Source: Eledone cirrhosa
Lineage: Eukaryota
NCBI GenBank assembly: GCA_964016885.1
Contig: OZ024743.1
Span: 105,152,001 to 105,216,000 of the forward strand
DNA: 64,000 bases
Direction: 5' to 3'
The position numbers and the translations under genes were made by a program. Shown here in pieces: positions 63,582-64,000 of the stretch (its first letter is position 1; each line of letters starts with the position of its first letter). The notes below the pieces were generated by a model. The model ran no database searches. It was given only the letters and a program-made list of their open reading frames with translations, and had not been told where the DNA came from.

Positions 63582-64000
63582 TTCTTCTGGTTTATAATTT
63601 CACAAAGTTTTACCAATAGAGAGAGAGTCGGTTCCTAACATAGACACAAGCATCTCTCATTGGATTTTACACAAATATCAACTAGGTAGGTATGTATGTA
63701 TGCATGCATGTATTTGCTCTGGAACCCTAACTCCAGCCTGACTGGGAGTGGGAGGCTGTCATTCCCTGACGTTGTCTCTGGGGATGCGGGAATCAGTGGA
63801 CAGGACCTGGGGGCAGCGATGGGGGACAGGGAATTCTGGGGCATGAGAGTGAGATCCATCATCTCGACAGTAGTCGACGAATGATGATGATGATGGATGT
63901 TATTGTATGTGTGGATGTGTATGTTTTGAGTTGTATGTGTGCATTTGTATATGCTTTGCTTCTGAACATGTGTATATGCAGTTATTAGATGCAACAATTT
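63582..64000 (-). mobile_element. 3' UTR of a third R4/Dong-like copy, continues beyond the window
   Basis: Aligns with 59534-59770 and with the reverse complement of 47955-48192. Confidence 0.9.
63713..63896 (+). mobile_element. Short RTE LINE 3' end nested in the R4/Dong 3' UTR
   Basis: GRLSFPDVVSGDAG..DLGAAMGDREFW then stop and a (TGA)n tail. Absent from the other two Dong copies. Confidence 0.78.

Overview
AT-rich, microsatellite-dense eukaryotic DNA, most likely a cephalopod (Octopus-like; inferred from the Nin-domain tRNA-SINE family and the overall repeat mix). No host protein-coding gene could be recognised, and almost all ORF-track entries are microsatellite or antisense artefacts. 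The window is a transposon graveyard. It contains: a ~94-bp purine-rich satellite (1-4070) with a degenerate flank split by a Tx1/L1-like LINE fragment; at least seven Penelope-like element (PLE) coding remnants, including a near-complete Naiad-type element at 20.2-24.6 kb and a GC-rich near-intact one at 54.6-57.8 kb; many orphan PLE terminal-repeat (pLTR) fragments embedded in (TA)n tracts, often as fold-back palindromes; three R4/Dong-like RLE LINE copies flanked by (CATA)n; RTE fragments; three non-autonomous Helitrons, one retaining spliced STPR-like N-terminal exons; two MITEs; about 20 SINEs; and an interstitial telomere-like tract. The strongest hidden signal is about 15 hammerhead-ribozyme (HHR) motifs read by eye. 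The minimal ones nearly all have a palindromic stem III. Two independent families use the rare U3-A8 core. Several inversion breakpoints fall inside the ribozyme, and a shared ACTC..GAGTRCT hairpin lies downstream of the HHR in unrelated families. All coordinates were counted by hand and may be off by a few bases.
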